A stretch of DNA of 64,000 bases from Tubiluchus corallicola. Taxonomy: Eukaryota > Animalia > Priapulida. The stretch is taken from positions 181,746 to 245,745 of the forward strand of contig JAQGDQ010000255.1 in NCBI GenBank assembly GCA_030141605.1, in the 5' to 3' direction. Position 1 is the stretch's first letter; the number at the start of each line of letters is the position of its first letter. Under the pieces are notes generated by a model. It searched no databases. It saw only the letters and a program-made list of their open reading frames with translations, and was not told where the DNA came from. The translations under genes and the position numbers were made by a program. This document shows positions 12,084 through 25,899 of the stretch, piece after piece.

Positions 12084-13486
12084 ACGTTAGGTATGATTAG
12101 GTGTCTGGCAATAAAAATGTGGGGAGTTTTCCAGGCCGCAATCAGGCGGCGCAGATGACGAGTTTCCGGTTTCGGGAGCCGCGCAAATTCCGGAGGAACC
12201 CTAATCCTCGTTGTCTGCCTCTCCGACGCAGAGAAAACAAACACGGCTATGCGAAGCCCATTCAACTAACAAACATTCGAGGATCAGGTGTAGGGTTTTC
12301 TCCACGGCGAGGAAAACAGCTCTCGGCTGTTGTGGTATCGTGTCGTTACAGGGAAAACTCATTTGCTAAATGGTGCGGTTTTATACGGGGGCGACGGATA
12401 AACTCATAAACTTCACTGCAAAACTAGCAAGCATAGACATACTGTTGACAATAGAAGTCCAATGCAATTCGTCCAAAAACACCAATAAAACCGTTGCAGT
12501 GAAGTTCTCCTTCTCAGTGTAGACATGCGTGCATCTGTGCCATTATGGCTAAATAACACAGTCTTTACTTCGAAGGTAAAAGCCCATTAAAATATCCCAC
12601 TCAATTTTTTGGTGACACATTAATAAAACGTCAATTAATTATACTTAATTATATTATAATTATGATTAATTTGCACCTAGGAATAATTTTGGAGCGCTTA
12701 ACCACAGGGCCTACTACTGCTAATGGTTTTGGCGAGACCGGTACCTAGCTTATTCAAGATGATACCTCTAAATGGGACTTTGAAGCGGCAGAAGATAAAC
12801 AACAAATCAAAGTTCGTCTGTGTACGTATAATTAACTGCAAGTATGTCTTAAAAAACGAGTGAATGTATGTGAAAAAATACTTTTCTGGAGGCATTTAGT
12901 TTCAAACATCGATGATGTAATGTTGATTTTCAGAAAAGAAATATTAATTAAAACGAAAACTGCAGCTTTAGATGCAACAAGATGATCCTTTTTCAACGCA
13001 TATCACTTTCCCAAACCCCGTCGCTAGATTCAGCTGAACGCATACCTAGGTCTCAGTTTCTCAAACAAGTTACACAGGATTTCTTGGACAAATTATCCTG
13101 CACTGGACTAACAAGCCGTTTAAGTCCCAAAGGGTAAGCAATACGTCCCGCGCTGGTCTTCTTACAAGAAAAACCTTGGTGGTACTCATACATGACGGAC
13201 AGCTTGCAGCCCAATTAGCGAGAACTACACTAGCCCTTGGCTGGAGGCAGGTTTCTAATGACTTTACGAATAGTTTTGAAAACAAACAGCGATGTTTTGA
13301 TAACAACAAACATCGAAGTTGTTCTAAGAAATGAAAAACTTCTGGATTAAGTTTACGATGACCGCAGTTCTTTTTTGCAGCAAAGGACAGAAGCTACAGT
13401 TCTGACAACTAAGCAAAAGTATAAATTACCTTATACTGTCAATAAGATAAATAAAGTGTTTTTGTTTTGGTGAATCAGTGGTGAAC

Positions 13487-13660
13487 ACTGGGATGGCAAT
13501 GCAGTGGCGTTTTACCCACTTCCTCAAACATTTTAAATTACTAAGAATTTTCTTTTCCAATTACATAAGACTCGCAAACAGATACGCGTAATGCTAGGTA
13601 ATACAACTTTATATGAATTTTTTTTTGGATATACTTTAAAATCACCGTTTCTTCCCCATT
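13487..13660 (+). repeat. Interspersed repeat, copy 1 (unclassified)
   Basis: ACTGGGATGGCAATGCAGTG...TTTAAATTA...GAATTTT...AACTTT.TATG...GGATATACTTTA aligns with 49406-49580. Confidence 0.75.
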
Positions 13661-14299
13661 AACAACATTCAGAACAAGCCTGACAATAGAAACGCTATCT
13701 ATCAAAATTATCTAGAAGTAAGCCTTAAAACACCAGAGAAACAATGAAGCCAGTAGACTCAGTACTAGATTAATTCCGCTCAAAATAAATAAATTTATAC
13801 ATAAGTTAAAATATGCATAACTAACTAAGTAACCAAAAAACAGTAAATCTCCCTAAAGAAAATACCATCTACACGAGGTTCCAGTACAACACTTGCATCA
13901 AAGGATTACAGATTCCTAGAAGCTGACATAACATTTTACAAGTGAAGTGCAGAAACACAACGAAAAAGTAAACTGGTAGTTGCTGTAAGTAGCAAAAACC
14001 ATGTAGAATGTTTGGGCATTAATTATCATTAGTGGATGGGTCTACGTATAATTGTGTATGTAATTTCACACATTATGAATTTGTGGAAAATGTGTGGGTA
14101 GTGTGGTGTGGGTGGTGTGATGTGGCATAGTGTGAATGATATGAGTAATTCTAGTGTTTCTCTTTAAAAGTAGTTTACCAGAATTTTGAATATAACACTA
14201 TGCTCTACAGTACAAATTTGTTGAAAATTGTAATTACAATTTTAAAATTCGTTGTGTACTGGACATTTGAAAATGGAATAAATTTTGTAATATAATACA

Positions 14300-14302
<3 letters not shown>

Positions 14303-14383
<81 letters not shown>

Positions 14384-14399
14384 TAATAATAATAATAAT
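14303..14399. repeat. (AAT)n microsatellite
   Basis: Directly visible. Confidence 0.98.
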
Positions 14400-15448
14400 G
14401 TTTAACTATTGTAAACATCATTTATTATTATTATTATTGAGTTGTATGACGTATACACCCATGTGCGGGTTCTGTTTGTGTAGTTTTTTTGCATTGTAAT
14501 GTATTACATTGCATTTGTAATGGTAGTATGGTGTAGGCTGGTGTCATGTGGGTGATGTATTGTGTATTGTGTGATGTTGTAGGTATGGTGCTGTGTGGGT
14601 GGCGTGATCTGCCTTTGGGTTGTTGGTGTGGGTTTAGGCGCAAAATACTTTTCTTGGCTAGTAAGATATTAATTTGGTGAAGAACCAACAAATTCTTTTA
14701 CTTTCTTCACAGAACTTATACACGCAGTAACACAAATTCCCCGCAGTAGTAGTAACTGCTGTAGGAATTGCAAATGCTGAATTGCAATTTGTGTGAATAA
14801 TGTGGAGACCATCTATTGACAAGAAACTAAATATTATTAGCCTCCTACCACCTTAATTTGTGCATGTTTGTATGCAAAACACTAGCATTTCACGCCAAAG
14901 GTAATGCGCCAGCTAGTCTGTCATTTACCTGTAATTTTAAATTTTAAAGCAATGTTTTAGCTGCTACCAAACACGCCAAGTAAATTATTTAAGTTTTAAA
15001 ATGTGATTCAGAAAAATGAATGCATTTATGAAATTTCATTCCCCGACATTAACGTTATATTTCTATACATCCAAGGGTCATTGACTATCACCTACACAGA
15101 AAATAATAGTTGAAATGGTAATAATGGCTATATTTTCACATTACGACCGATGACGTATTGAGGCGATTTGTTCAAAGTCGCTTGAAAAATCCCCGTAGGG
15201 AGAGCCGAATAGGATTATTATCCTACACCGAGCTCAGCGCCATAAGTTTCAATTTGTCGCCACATTTTTCACGTTGTTGAAATTATCTGGAAATTTGCTT
15301 CAAATTTTCGTGTTTTTCTTGATAAATGGAGGACATCTTGATAAATTTCATAAGTGACCACTTATAATGTATTTAAGAGTTCATTGAGGAATGTATGAAT
15401 CATGAAAGTCAAGCGCTTGTGATGGAGGAGATGTGTAAGATCAAATAT

Positions 15449-15449
<1 letters not shown>

Positions 15450-15503
<54 letters not shown>

Positions 15504-15508
15504 GGGGG

Positions 15509-15553
<45 letters not shown>
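15450..15553. repeat. (GA)n microsatellite
   Basis: Directly visible, interrupted by a short G run. More degenerate GA tracts lie at about 7650-7740 and 51980-52050. Confidence 0.98.
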
Positions 15554-15555
<2 letters not shown>

Positions 15556-17752
15556 GAAGACGGGCGAACGGAAGGGAAGGATTATCACGACTACAACAGA
15601 GACAACGAGAAAGTAACTCTTCACAGTGTCTAAACCTGACAAATTGTGAAAATGCTATTAATTTATTATCAGTTAGTGGTAACGTGGAAACGTCAGATAG
15701 GCAGCATCACCTGTAAAATGCACGCCATGCGTCGCCTAATTAAGTCACTAATTGGGCAAACAATGAAAGTTAAGCCAGTTTACCCAACATTGTCCAACTC
15801 ACTACACGTACATAATAATATCAACAACATCCCAGCGAATTTCTCAATTCTGAATGTGCGTTACTGGGTTAAGAACTAACTGCGTTAATATTTGCAAGAC
15901 CCCTTCCAGTAAAGAACGTGTACACACTCCTCGAATACCCATAAACTCAAGTTCAATCATTGCAGGGCCAATTTCACCTATTGTACACGAACTGTGAGAA
16001 ACTTGGCCCGCTTATTATGTCCAAGGATTCCTGTGCACAATTAGACTGCAGATCACAATCGAACCACGCCCTCTTCTTAATACTTTCTCCACAATAACCC
16101 AAACAGAGACCTTAGAAATTTGAAAAGTCACTTGTTGAGATGTATGGCACAAGTGCCTGGGAGAAAATTTAATTCATTCATTGTTAAAGGCGTTGTTGGG
16201 GACCATTAGGGGCCAATGAATTTCTTGGGAAAGTTAGGGACAACGCGTGTTGAGGAGACTTCTGACCCCCCGCCAGAGACTCTACTAGCCTGCAGCTTTC
16301 TGCGTCAAACAAATAACGTTTTAGTTTATGTGCCGCGACGAAAAGCTTAAGATTTTCCTATGAGGTTCTTCAAAGATTTAACCTGTAATTCATGCAGAAA
16401 TAGCGAACATACCTTTAGCGTCTAATTAAGTACAAATTCTCACGGAGAGATTGGAGTTCTAATATAAATAAAGCGTACAACAGGGGAAAAACTGACAAAC
16501 AGCGGAAACTTAAACACAGAGTAAAGTAATAGCTTAAAAACGGTCCTGATAAACAATAAGCCAATCTAATAAATCAAAAGAGAACCAAACAAAAAGCTTA
16601 CTCAGCACAGTATCAAACAGGGATGCATCATGTTGCCAAGTTGTTTTAAATCACACGTACATTGCTAAAGGGAGACTTTAAAGTGACATTATTTCCAAAT
16701 CTTTCCTCAATGCTGTGAAAACAATTTATACAGGCGGTTATATGATATAGTGGTATATGACTGTTACTTTAGAAACCGCGCAGATGTGCTATGAAACCTT
16801 AAAAACATACAATAATATAAATGGAGTTAATTAAAGTAACTGATATTAGTTTTATTTATAAGATGTTTTGTGACATCTACACTGTAATTTTTATTTTGCA
16901 AATATCAGGTATTGAAAGAAACAATTTGACTGTGTACCTCACTTAAACGGTTATTGTCATGTATAGGCCTGCGGTGAATCTGGTTTTATATCTGTATAAT
17001 GCAATAGCGGGATGCTGATTTTATCACTATTTACCTACATCTATGTTATTGTCATGAAAATAAATCATCTATTTGCATTATCTTGAACATATATTTAGTT
17101 GCAGATCTACGTTTGAAATTATCATAATTACACGTATTGTACCAATAAGCCAAGTGGAGAAAATCACCATTTTAACACATGTTGAAATTCCCCAGTGTTT
17201 AGCGCTTTTATAAACCTGCACTGCCAGAAAAAAAGAAACAAACACAAGAGTGCCAAATCGGCTGCATTTATTTTCATTTTGTTTAAGGATAATACAATAT
17301 GTGTTGTGCTTTAGTGCAAGTAAACAAATTCATGTTTTCGAGTATAATGCCTCCCTCGGGCGTCATCAATGGCCTCGCTGATCCTGAACTAATCCGCGTA
17401 GCGCTCCGAACGCGGAGGGATTTCTGCTCGGGGCCACACAGGTGTCCACTCGCTTCACCCAAAGTTAATCCTCAACTTGAAGTGAATTAGTGAACGTTTA
17501 GCATTGTGAATGGGGAAACATGATGGAGCAGCTGCATCAGTGCACCGCCATGATGTCTGCCCCGCACTCCAGGAGTGATTGAAGTGTGGTCATGAAGGGT
17601 ATACTAAACATAAATGTGCCAAACTTGATCATTATATATCGCAAATACGGCAGGTTGTTATTATTAATGTATTAATATGGCTGCTATCCAGAAGAGCTGA
17701 AGTAAAGTTAAGCGATACAACAGCTGAGCGGTCATACCGATACTTGATGATT

Positions 17753-17995
17753 GAAGTTAAGTAATACTGGTTAGTAAATGGATGGGTGACAGACTTCTGA
17801 GCAGTCTAATCTGTCATTATGTCCCAGGCTCCAGTTATTTCTCTTAATGAAGCGAATGTGTTCCCTAAAGTGGCTAAGACACCTCCACCAGTTTAGCAGA
17901 ATAGTATAGAATACAGTAAGATAGAAAGGAACAATATAGAACAGAATAGTAGAGAACAAAACAGAACAGGAGCAGAACACAGCAGAGGAGAAAAG
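17753..17995 (+). mobile_element. 5S rRNA-derived (SINE3-like) fragment with a degenerate AGAAY pentamer tail
   Basis: GAAGTTAAG...CTGGTTAGTAAATGGATGGGTGAC resembles the 5S internal control region (GAAGCTAAGC...CTGGTTAGTACTTGGATGGGAGAC). The non-5S body is shared with 57831-57945. Confidence 0.65.
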
Positions 17996-20088
17996 AAATT
18001 TACTTTTTACCTTGGTTAAATAAAAAGCACAATGTTATGCTCATAATGGTGCAAGTGGAAATCTTCTCAGATTCATCAAACAGAATCTTCTAATTTGAGA
18101 TACTGAACTGCCATTTCGGATATTTATGCATCCCCCTCTAAGCTAAAAAATGCTAAAAGATGCTAAAAAACAGCTAAGAAAGTATGTCAGGAAAAATTAT
18201 CTAGAAGAGACTTCTGACAATGACCACCTATTTACTGAAAAGGCTCAGTATTGCTTAACTCCAGTCGCTATGCCGCAGCCACTCATCCATTCCTATCCCT
18301 CGAAGCAAAAATTATTAGAATTCTGTTTCCAGCTTATAGCTGCTCTATTGTTTCTCGCCCTGGTGCTGCCATTGAAATCTTGTTGACATTTCTGACTCAC
18401 CTAACTTCTAAACAAAAGTATTAAGGACGCATTCGATTGCCGCCTCGGATCAAACAATGCGCATTGTTTGGCTTCGCCGGAACTAGCGTGTTAAACTGCG
18501 CTGAAATTGATCCGAGTTTCGCTTTAATAGATTTTATATTCTTTGCGCTCACGGCACGACACCAGTTCAATAGAAACAATTCATATTTACTGTTATATTT
18601 CATGAACGAGGGTTGCTATTGACGCGATCCCACTCAATAATACGCGTTTTGAAAACTATGCACGATATAAGTGAATTATTGTAACGATGAAAATGTCACG
18701 ACCTATGCGCCCCGCTTAAACTTGCACTCGTAGACCCATTGTAACTCGTAAGCGATGAAAATGCTCAAAACGTAAAATCGGTTTTCTACTAGAGAAGAAA
18801 TTTTCTTGTGGAAAATTCATAATTAACAACATGCATGTGAATGGGCGCATATCTATTTTTGATGGAGTGCAACATGAATTATTGACAAGGAAAACAATTC
18901 GGTTCAAGTCTCAAGGGCTAGGGAGGTTTATAGTTTAATAAGGCTTTATCGAATTATTTCTTAATAAAGATGGTAATCTTGTAGGAAGAAGGCGATGGAA
19001 GACATTTTGAGAAAATTTTTGCAACTAAATATGGTTTTTAATGGCATTATGACAAAAGGTATTACACTTGGGAGTGTGTTCTGATAGCGAAGGTTTTGTG
19101 AAATATTTATGCAGAGAATTTTTAGACAAATGAGTTAAGATAAATTTTGGCAATTACTGGCTATATATCTTTCATAATGCGCTTTCATAATTTCATTACA
19201 TCAGGACTAACCAGATTAAACTGTATGGCGGCTTCTTGTATAGTATTATTGATGCAATTATTGCAAGGCAGTTAGCTGCTTAAACAATTTCACTTTTTAA
19301 TAGTTGTAGGCTTGCTGGTACAATGTGCGCAACGTTTTTGCATAATACAAAAATGACGTAGCCAGCAGAAAACCTGGACTGTGTGTAGGGTTCTCAATGG
19401 CACATGCCTGCAACCACTATCGCAGAAATACTTTCTTTCAATCTTTCAGTTACAGGGCTTTTGACCATACTCCCCAGCACTCATTTGCCTATGATAATTA
19501 CTCTACTATATGAGATACACTTGGCCTACAAGACCAACAATTAAACAGGCATGTAACGTCAAAAGTACATTGTTCTTATTTAATGAGGCTGCAAACTTGA
19601 ACACAAAGCCAATTAAAGGTACCTCTAGATGAGTAACTAGTACCTTTTGAGGGTTAAAATTACCAAAGTATTTTTGCTTACTTTTATTTTAGTAAAGTAT
19701 GATCAAAGCAGCTGTTCTTATGCAGTTCATTATAGAAATTCACAGTGCCACCTATTGGCTGTTATCCCAAGTACTTTTTATGGAGACTGAGAATGTTGCC
19801 TTTGTTGCAATTATACATTCTAAGGCTGAGATTACAGTTCACGTAGAAACACTAAAATCGTACTGTTTGTGAGGTCCTCAATCTCCCCACTGGTCCTTCA
19901 TATTTCTAAATAAGGAAGGCAATTTCTAAATAGATTTTAGATAATGCCTTTCCAAGGTCGGCTAAATACAAATGCCAGGCATACATAGAGTGCTTAGAGT
20001 TCAAAAATAAAATTTAAACGACAGGTTTGATAAGACACACATTTGCAGAGTTTTATTTAAGAACAAATGTTAACTGAAAACCACTGAC

Positions 20089-20280
20089 CTCAATAAAATT
20101 AGACAGGAGTTCACAGCTCATGTCCTGTTCCAGGATCTTCTTATTCGATTCGTCTTTATAACAGCAAGCGATAAGTGTAGGGAACAGTGCTGCCGTCAGG
20201 CGGGGATCGCTGAAGTACTGGAATGGTAGGGAGCAGAGTTGTTGTAATACAGTGGGCATGTGACCAGCTTGAACCATCAT
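20089..20280 (-). CDS. SCAPER: SCAPER coding exon (192 nt, phase 0 to 0): MMVQAGHMPTVLQQLCSLPFQYFSDPRLTAALFPTLIACCYKDESNKKILEQDMSCELLSNFIE
   Basis: Lies inside ORF 20053-20280. Acceptor tatctttcag, donor gtcagt. Contains the most conserved SCAPER C-terminal block, LPFQYFSDPRL. Confidence 0.96.
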
Positions 20281-21249
20281 CTGAAAGATAAACTGAAGAT
20301 TGACTATTCAAGATTTAAGATTTCCCACAGTAAAAAGGAAAAGACACAAAGGTGTAATTAAGTTTATAATTAATTGTTGTTGTTGCACCTAATAAACCTT
20401 TTCACTGTTTTGTTTGTTCATGCACAGTTGCTGTAGGTCAAAGGTTAAGTGTACCACAGCAATGGGTCATAGCTACAACCATCACGTGACATGTGGATAA
20501 AGCAAAGCTGTTTCCTGCACCAGTTCAGTAACGTCAGTTTTTTACGTGAACTTTACATAATTATGCACGAGTCTGTGCGTAGAGTGATTTACTAGCAGGA
20601 TCTTGCTTGGGAACAAGAAAAAAAAACTAGGTAAGGTTCTAGCTAGATATTAAAACTGTGACTATTACAACACCATGGGGTGCGAGGCATTGTCAAGGGT
20701 ACACAAATGCGTTGTCTGGTACACTTAATCTTTGTCCTTTTCACGATCATCATAAATGGCTTATTAGCACACTTAGTATTTCGTATGTGTGTACGTATAG
20801 TCCTTTATGTTCTTTAGTATGTTATATGGCAATTTTATGTTGAAATAAAAGATGAATTAAATTGAATTGAATTTATATATCACCTAAAAATATACTTGCT
20901 AGAAAATATACTTTCTTGCTATATAAGTAACATGCTTAACCAAAAAAAAAAGATTTTTATTGAATCTTATTGAATGTACATCGCCACCCGCATTGTAGTC
21001 ATAGTTGACAACTCAGTAAAAATGTAACCCCTATGATGTTCTTAATATAATCAGGGTGTTTAGCAGAGACCATTAAAGTTGCTAAGTACCACTATTACTG
21101 GTACCCACATACTATTACAATAGTACCGTGTGTTCTGAGTTTGGTTAATTTAATGTTTATAAATTAAGAAATTAATGTGGTACTTCAAAGAAAAAAGTGT
21201 CATTGTAGATGAAGCGGGTGAAAAAATCCGTATGTCGATGTGATTATTA

Positions 21250-21360
21250 TTATTATCAACATTAACATTTATCTTTAACATCAACGTTAACATCAGTATC
21301 AATATCAACATTAACCCTAACATTAAGATAAACAATAACTTTAACATTAACATTAAAATT
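21250..21360. repeat. Degenerate (TTAACA)n hexamer tract
   Basis: A recurring TTAACA/TCAACA period is visible. Confidence 0.8.
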
Positions 21361-23543
21361 TGTATTAACCTGACCTTAAGTGAAGCTAGATCATGAAAAA
21401 TAACAAACTTTGAACAAATCAAGCAGTTTATTCAGTATCAAAATATGACGCATATTTAGGGTAAAATAAAATTAAAATTATTTTCTTCAAGTGCTAGTAT
21501 TCATTACTTATTATTCGTAGTATCCTTAGTATTCTTATTACCTACATCTGGCCAGATAATGTAAATTTTTTCATACTTAAAAAATTAGAAAATAAAGAAA
21601 AATCAACGGAAATAACTAAGTAAATAGTTAACTAAGGAGGTGGTGAGTAGGTTGATAACAGACAGAATAAAGGCATGAATAAATAAATGAGTAAATTTTG
21701 AATGAATGAACAAACATGAACAAACTAAGAAATAAATAAATGGATAAAATACATAAATAACTGAAATAAATAAATCAACAAAATAGCTAAATAAATAATT
21801 AAATAAACAAGCAAACAAACTGTGTATATTGTATGAAATATCTAAAAACGAACGGACATGCCAACAAGCACTGAATTAACACCAATCCGCTTTACGCGCT
21901 TTTTGTGTTTAAACGAGCCATAACGGGTATTTAAGAGCATCAACATTGAAACCCAATCATGACAGCCTGCAGAGTTAAGCAGTTTCAGTAGTTCTCAGAC
22001 TGTGGATGACATCGTGTAAACATTTCCCAATGCTGTCTCCTAGACACGATGGGGTGTAAACATAACAGTATACAAACTAGTGCAACCTTATAGCTTATGT
22101 AGCGCTTTTCCACCTGTGTTCAAGGACGCCAGTTTTTTGTTAGAAAGAATTTGAGAAAAAATTGCAACGCAACTGGCTAAGCACAGTGGCTTCCCGCACT
22201 CAGTGTTGTTTTATTTTTTGTAAAAAATCACTAAAAATATGCAGTGAAAAACGTACATAAAAAAGTTCATATTGAAATTAATGGGAAATCTTTTTTCCTT
22301 GTAGCTTTTACAGCATTCTATTTCTCGCAAAACTAGAAATGCTACATTATATCACTTGTTGTTTTACCAATAATATGTTTATGTTTACTGTGCATAACAA
22401 TACTATTTTGTCCAGTGATCTGTTCCAGGATTTAGCTCTTTGGTGTCATCCGTGGCACACCACAGTGGTAGGCACTATCTTCGTATTGATCATTAACCAA
22501 ATTAATTTTACTGTTTACTTTACTCGTATATAAAATGTATATATTGATTTTTGTGCCTAATAAATGATAAATAAATAAATACCAAATAGTAATAAAATAA
22601 ACACTGCGAACTCATTGTAAATGAATGAATTACAAAAATAAACAAATTAATTTGTGAACAAGTTGAGAACAAGAAATAAAATAATAAATAAATAAATAAA
22701 TACAGAATTAAATAAAAAACAAGAAAGTAGTAAATAAGGAAAATAAACAAATATTATATATTAGACAAACTTTTATATAAATTTTACTAAAAGGGTTATG
22801 TCCTTGCAATGCACTTTTGCAAAACAAAGGAAAAATTTGTTTTTTATCTTGTTATTATATAAAATTCAGATTTTCTAATTAAATTATTCATCGACAATCC
22901 AAAATAAATAAATAATACGAAAGATTTGTATGCAAACAAACTGAATTAATGAAAAATGTTTACGTAATAATATGCGCTTAATTTTCTTTAGCATCAAGCA
23001 ACAAACAATTTAATGACGTCATTAATTTTTAACTCATTCAGTTGTCCCTAATGAATAATAACAGAGGAGACGCATGCGCACTGTAGCCAGTCCACAACTC
23101 GTCGAAAACTTCGCCAATTAGTCTGTTTGTGCCAAATTAGGCATTCTCCGAAGTTTGCAAACACGGTGCTATTTATACGCTACTAGTACACCCTGCATGT
23201 TACATTCAATGAAGCCATGAATTTTTTAAACGGCTTCACCCTAATGATCATTCATTCACTGAATGTAGGCAGATTACAATTTATGTTCATTATTGCATGT
23301 ACGTCTATAGATGAAGCCATTGTACACGTTCCCCTGTTGCCCTTTTGCTGCTTGTTCCCTTAATAAAGCAAAACCTGGCTTCCGCATAGGCAGTTAGGTA
23401 ACTTAAGCTATGTTGTTGTTGTCATCAATCAGTAGTATTAGTGATACTATTATTACATGATATTTTTTAGAAATAGACTTAATAAAATCCTATTAATAAG
23501 TTGCTAATTATTATTGTTGTTGTTACTGTTACTGTTAACAGTA

Positions 23544-23576
23544 TTATTATTAATATTATTATTATTATTATTATTA

Positions 23577-23660
<84 letters not shown>

Positions 23661-23709
23661 CATTATGATGATCATCATCATCATCAATATCATCATCATC
23701 ATTATTATT
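23544..23709. repeat. (TTA)n/(TCA)n compound microsatellite
   Basis: Directly visible. It produces the poly-Tyr and poly-Asn ORFs. Confidence 0.98.
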
Positions 23710-25899
23710 AGAACTTACTTTTAGTTTTAACATTTGTAATACTTAATAGTACGCTTAATAGTACTTTTTATTACTTTTCAAATGGCAAGACTTGTACATT
23801 TGTTAGTACACATAAAACCAAACTAAACTGTTGGGAATTATGATTCACTGACATAAATGAATTCGTTTTTTTAAAAGAGAAACCGTTATTTACAAAAGTT
23901 TTTTTTCAGTATTGCGAATAAATGCTTTACAGTACCAACTATAAAACCGGATTTACAAAATTATACCAATCAGCCATGAATGTTTTTTAGCAAATAAAGA
24001 AACTTCTGAAAAAATATCCCTATTTAAATTCCGCAAAATATTGGTGACAGCGCGCACCCTCGTAGAACTCCAGCAGCAAGTTTTGCAGTATCTTTTTATT
24101 GACATCCATAGGTAACTCGTTCTTGCATGTCGTGTGGGCAATGACAGCTAATTTCGCTAATCGATCAGCCTCAATTTACTCCTAATCAGCGTCTATAAAA
24201 GGTCGGGCACAGCGACAACCGTCACGGCTACCGGTTTTTTGGACAAACTAGCTATTCATTCGTTTGAAAGTAATTAATTAGACAATTTGTGAACAAACAG
24301 GCGACAACGAACAGGTAGCCGGGAAGCGAGGCTGGTTTGTGAAGAAGAGGCAGGAGCACAATGCTAATAATTTCTGTGGATATTGATTGAGTTGAAAACG
24401 CATCTGTTCGCCCTAATGTGTGTTTATTATTCCGGCGCAGGTTCTGAAATCTGGCTGTTGTTATATTTCTACTTTTTTGTTGTTTACCTGCTGGCTATGT
24501 ATGGCTTATTTTCAACATTTAAATTTGGCAGATGCACATTGACATTCAGCCATGCATGTTTTTGGCGAATAAGAAACGTCTGAAAAAATATTCCTTCTCA
24601 AAATTTGCAGAAGACTGTCACCTTCTAGAACCCTAGTAGCAAATTTTGCAATTTCGTTTTGCTGACAACTAAGTACAACCGTTTACAGCTTCCAATATAC
24701 CTGTCTCTAACATTCGCTCCATGTAAGCCAGCCCGCACTTAAAGTGCAAACGAGTTGCGCTTAACAGGAGAATCACTTAAAAGTAACAGCCTACAGAGCA
24801 ACGTGTTTTTTTTTGCATAACTGGTCAATTACAGTCCTCAGCTGACCAATACCTAGCACTTGTATCCCGCTTTTAGATTTCTATATTTTTTGCAAAAAAC
24901 AAGCGTGGAACGCTTTCAGATTATGTAACTTTTAGATGGCATATATTAACGTCTAAGTTGACATTGAGTTAAGGATTTTTTCAACAAATATGTATTTTTG
25001 TAAAGTTCTGCATTAAGGTATCATTTTCAATATGCTGGCCTTTATTTTAGTAGATGAAACAGCTTCATGGCACAGGGAATATGCAGTACAAGTGTACAAA
25101 GGATTAAAAGTAGATGATAGGGCTGACAGCTATATTACAATAACACAAGAAACACTCGTTTAAGCAAAATACAGCTTTTCTTATGGACAGAATTATTTTC
25201 ATTATTCCATCTGGTGTAAAATAATGAAAATATTGGCACTGCACACTGCTTATCCACTTGGCCAGCTAATTTCATGAATAATTCATCCAGGAATCTGCTG
25301 CAGCCGTAAGTTCATTGTCCATGTGCTCGACAAGGTTCAATTTCAATGTGCTTCAGCCCCTCAGAACGCCCCAGTGAAAGGGGAAGGGGTCCGACTGATG
25401 AATGACGAATCGATACCACATCTGTTTGAGAGCAAAAAGCTCTTGAAGGATGGAGTGCGTGTACACGAGCTGTCACCAAAATGATTGAGATACATGTGTC
25501 CGGGTTTCCCGTATTGCCCGAATTCTGGGCATAGACTGTCACATAGACTGTCGCACAGTTCATAATGACGAGGCCTCGGTTGTGCCTTCCTTCTAACCAA
25601 GAGAACACAAAATTTAGCCTTGTTGACTTTTCTGCCATTGGGCCTTTGACAAGTATTAATTTTATTAGTTTAATTCAAAAATAATTTGCTGTAACCAGCT
25701 TTTTTTCTTCGAACCCTTTTCGTTTGTAAAAATCCACTTGGAAGAGGAAATAAATGCTTTATTGGCAGTGTCAGTATTTTGCATGTGAATATAAATTATT
25801 TTGAGGTTAATCTATGTATTAAAAATGAAACTGATATTGAAAAAAATGAAACGTGTAAGTGGTATACGTGTAGTTACTGCTGCTTTTATTGCCATAGAT

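Noticed and set aside
17753-17800. Functional 5S rRNA gene
   Set aside because: Only part of the internal control region is similar, with a deletion, and it is followed by non-5S sequence.
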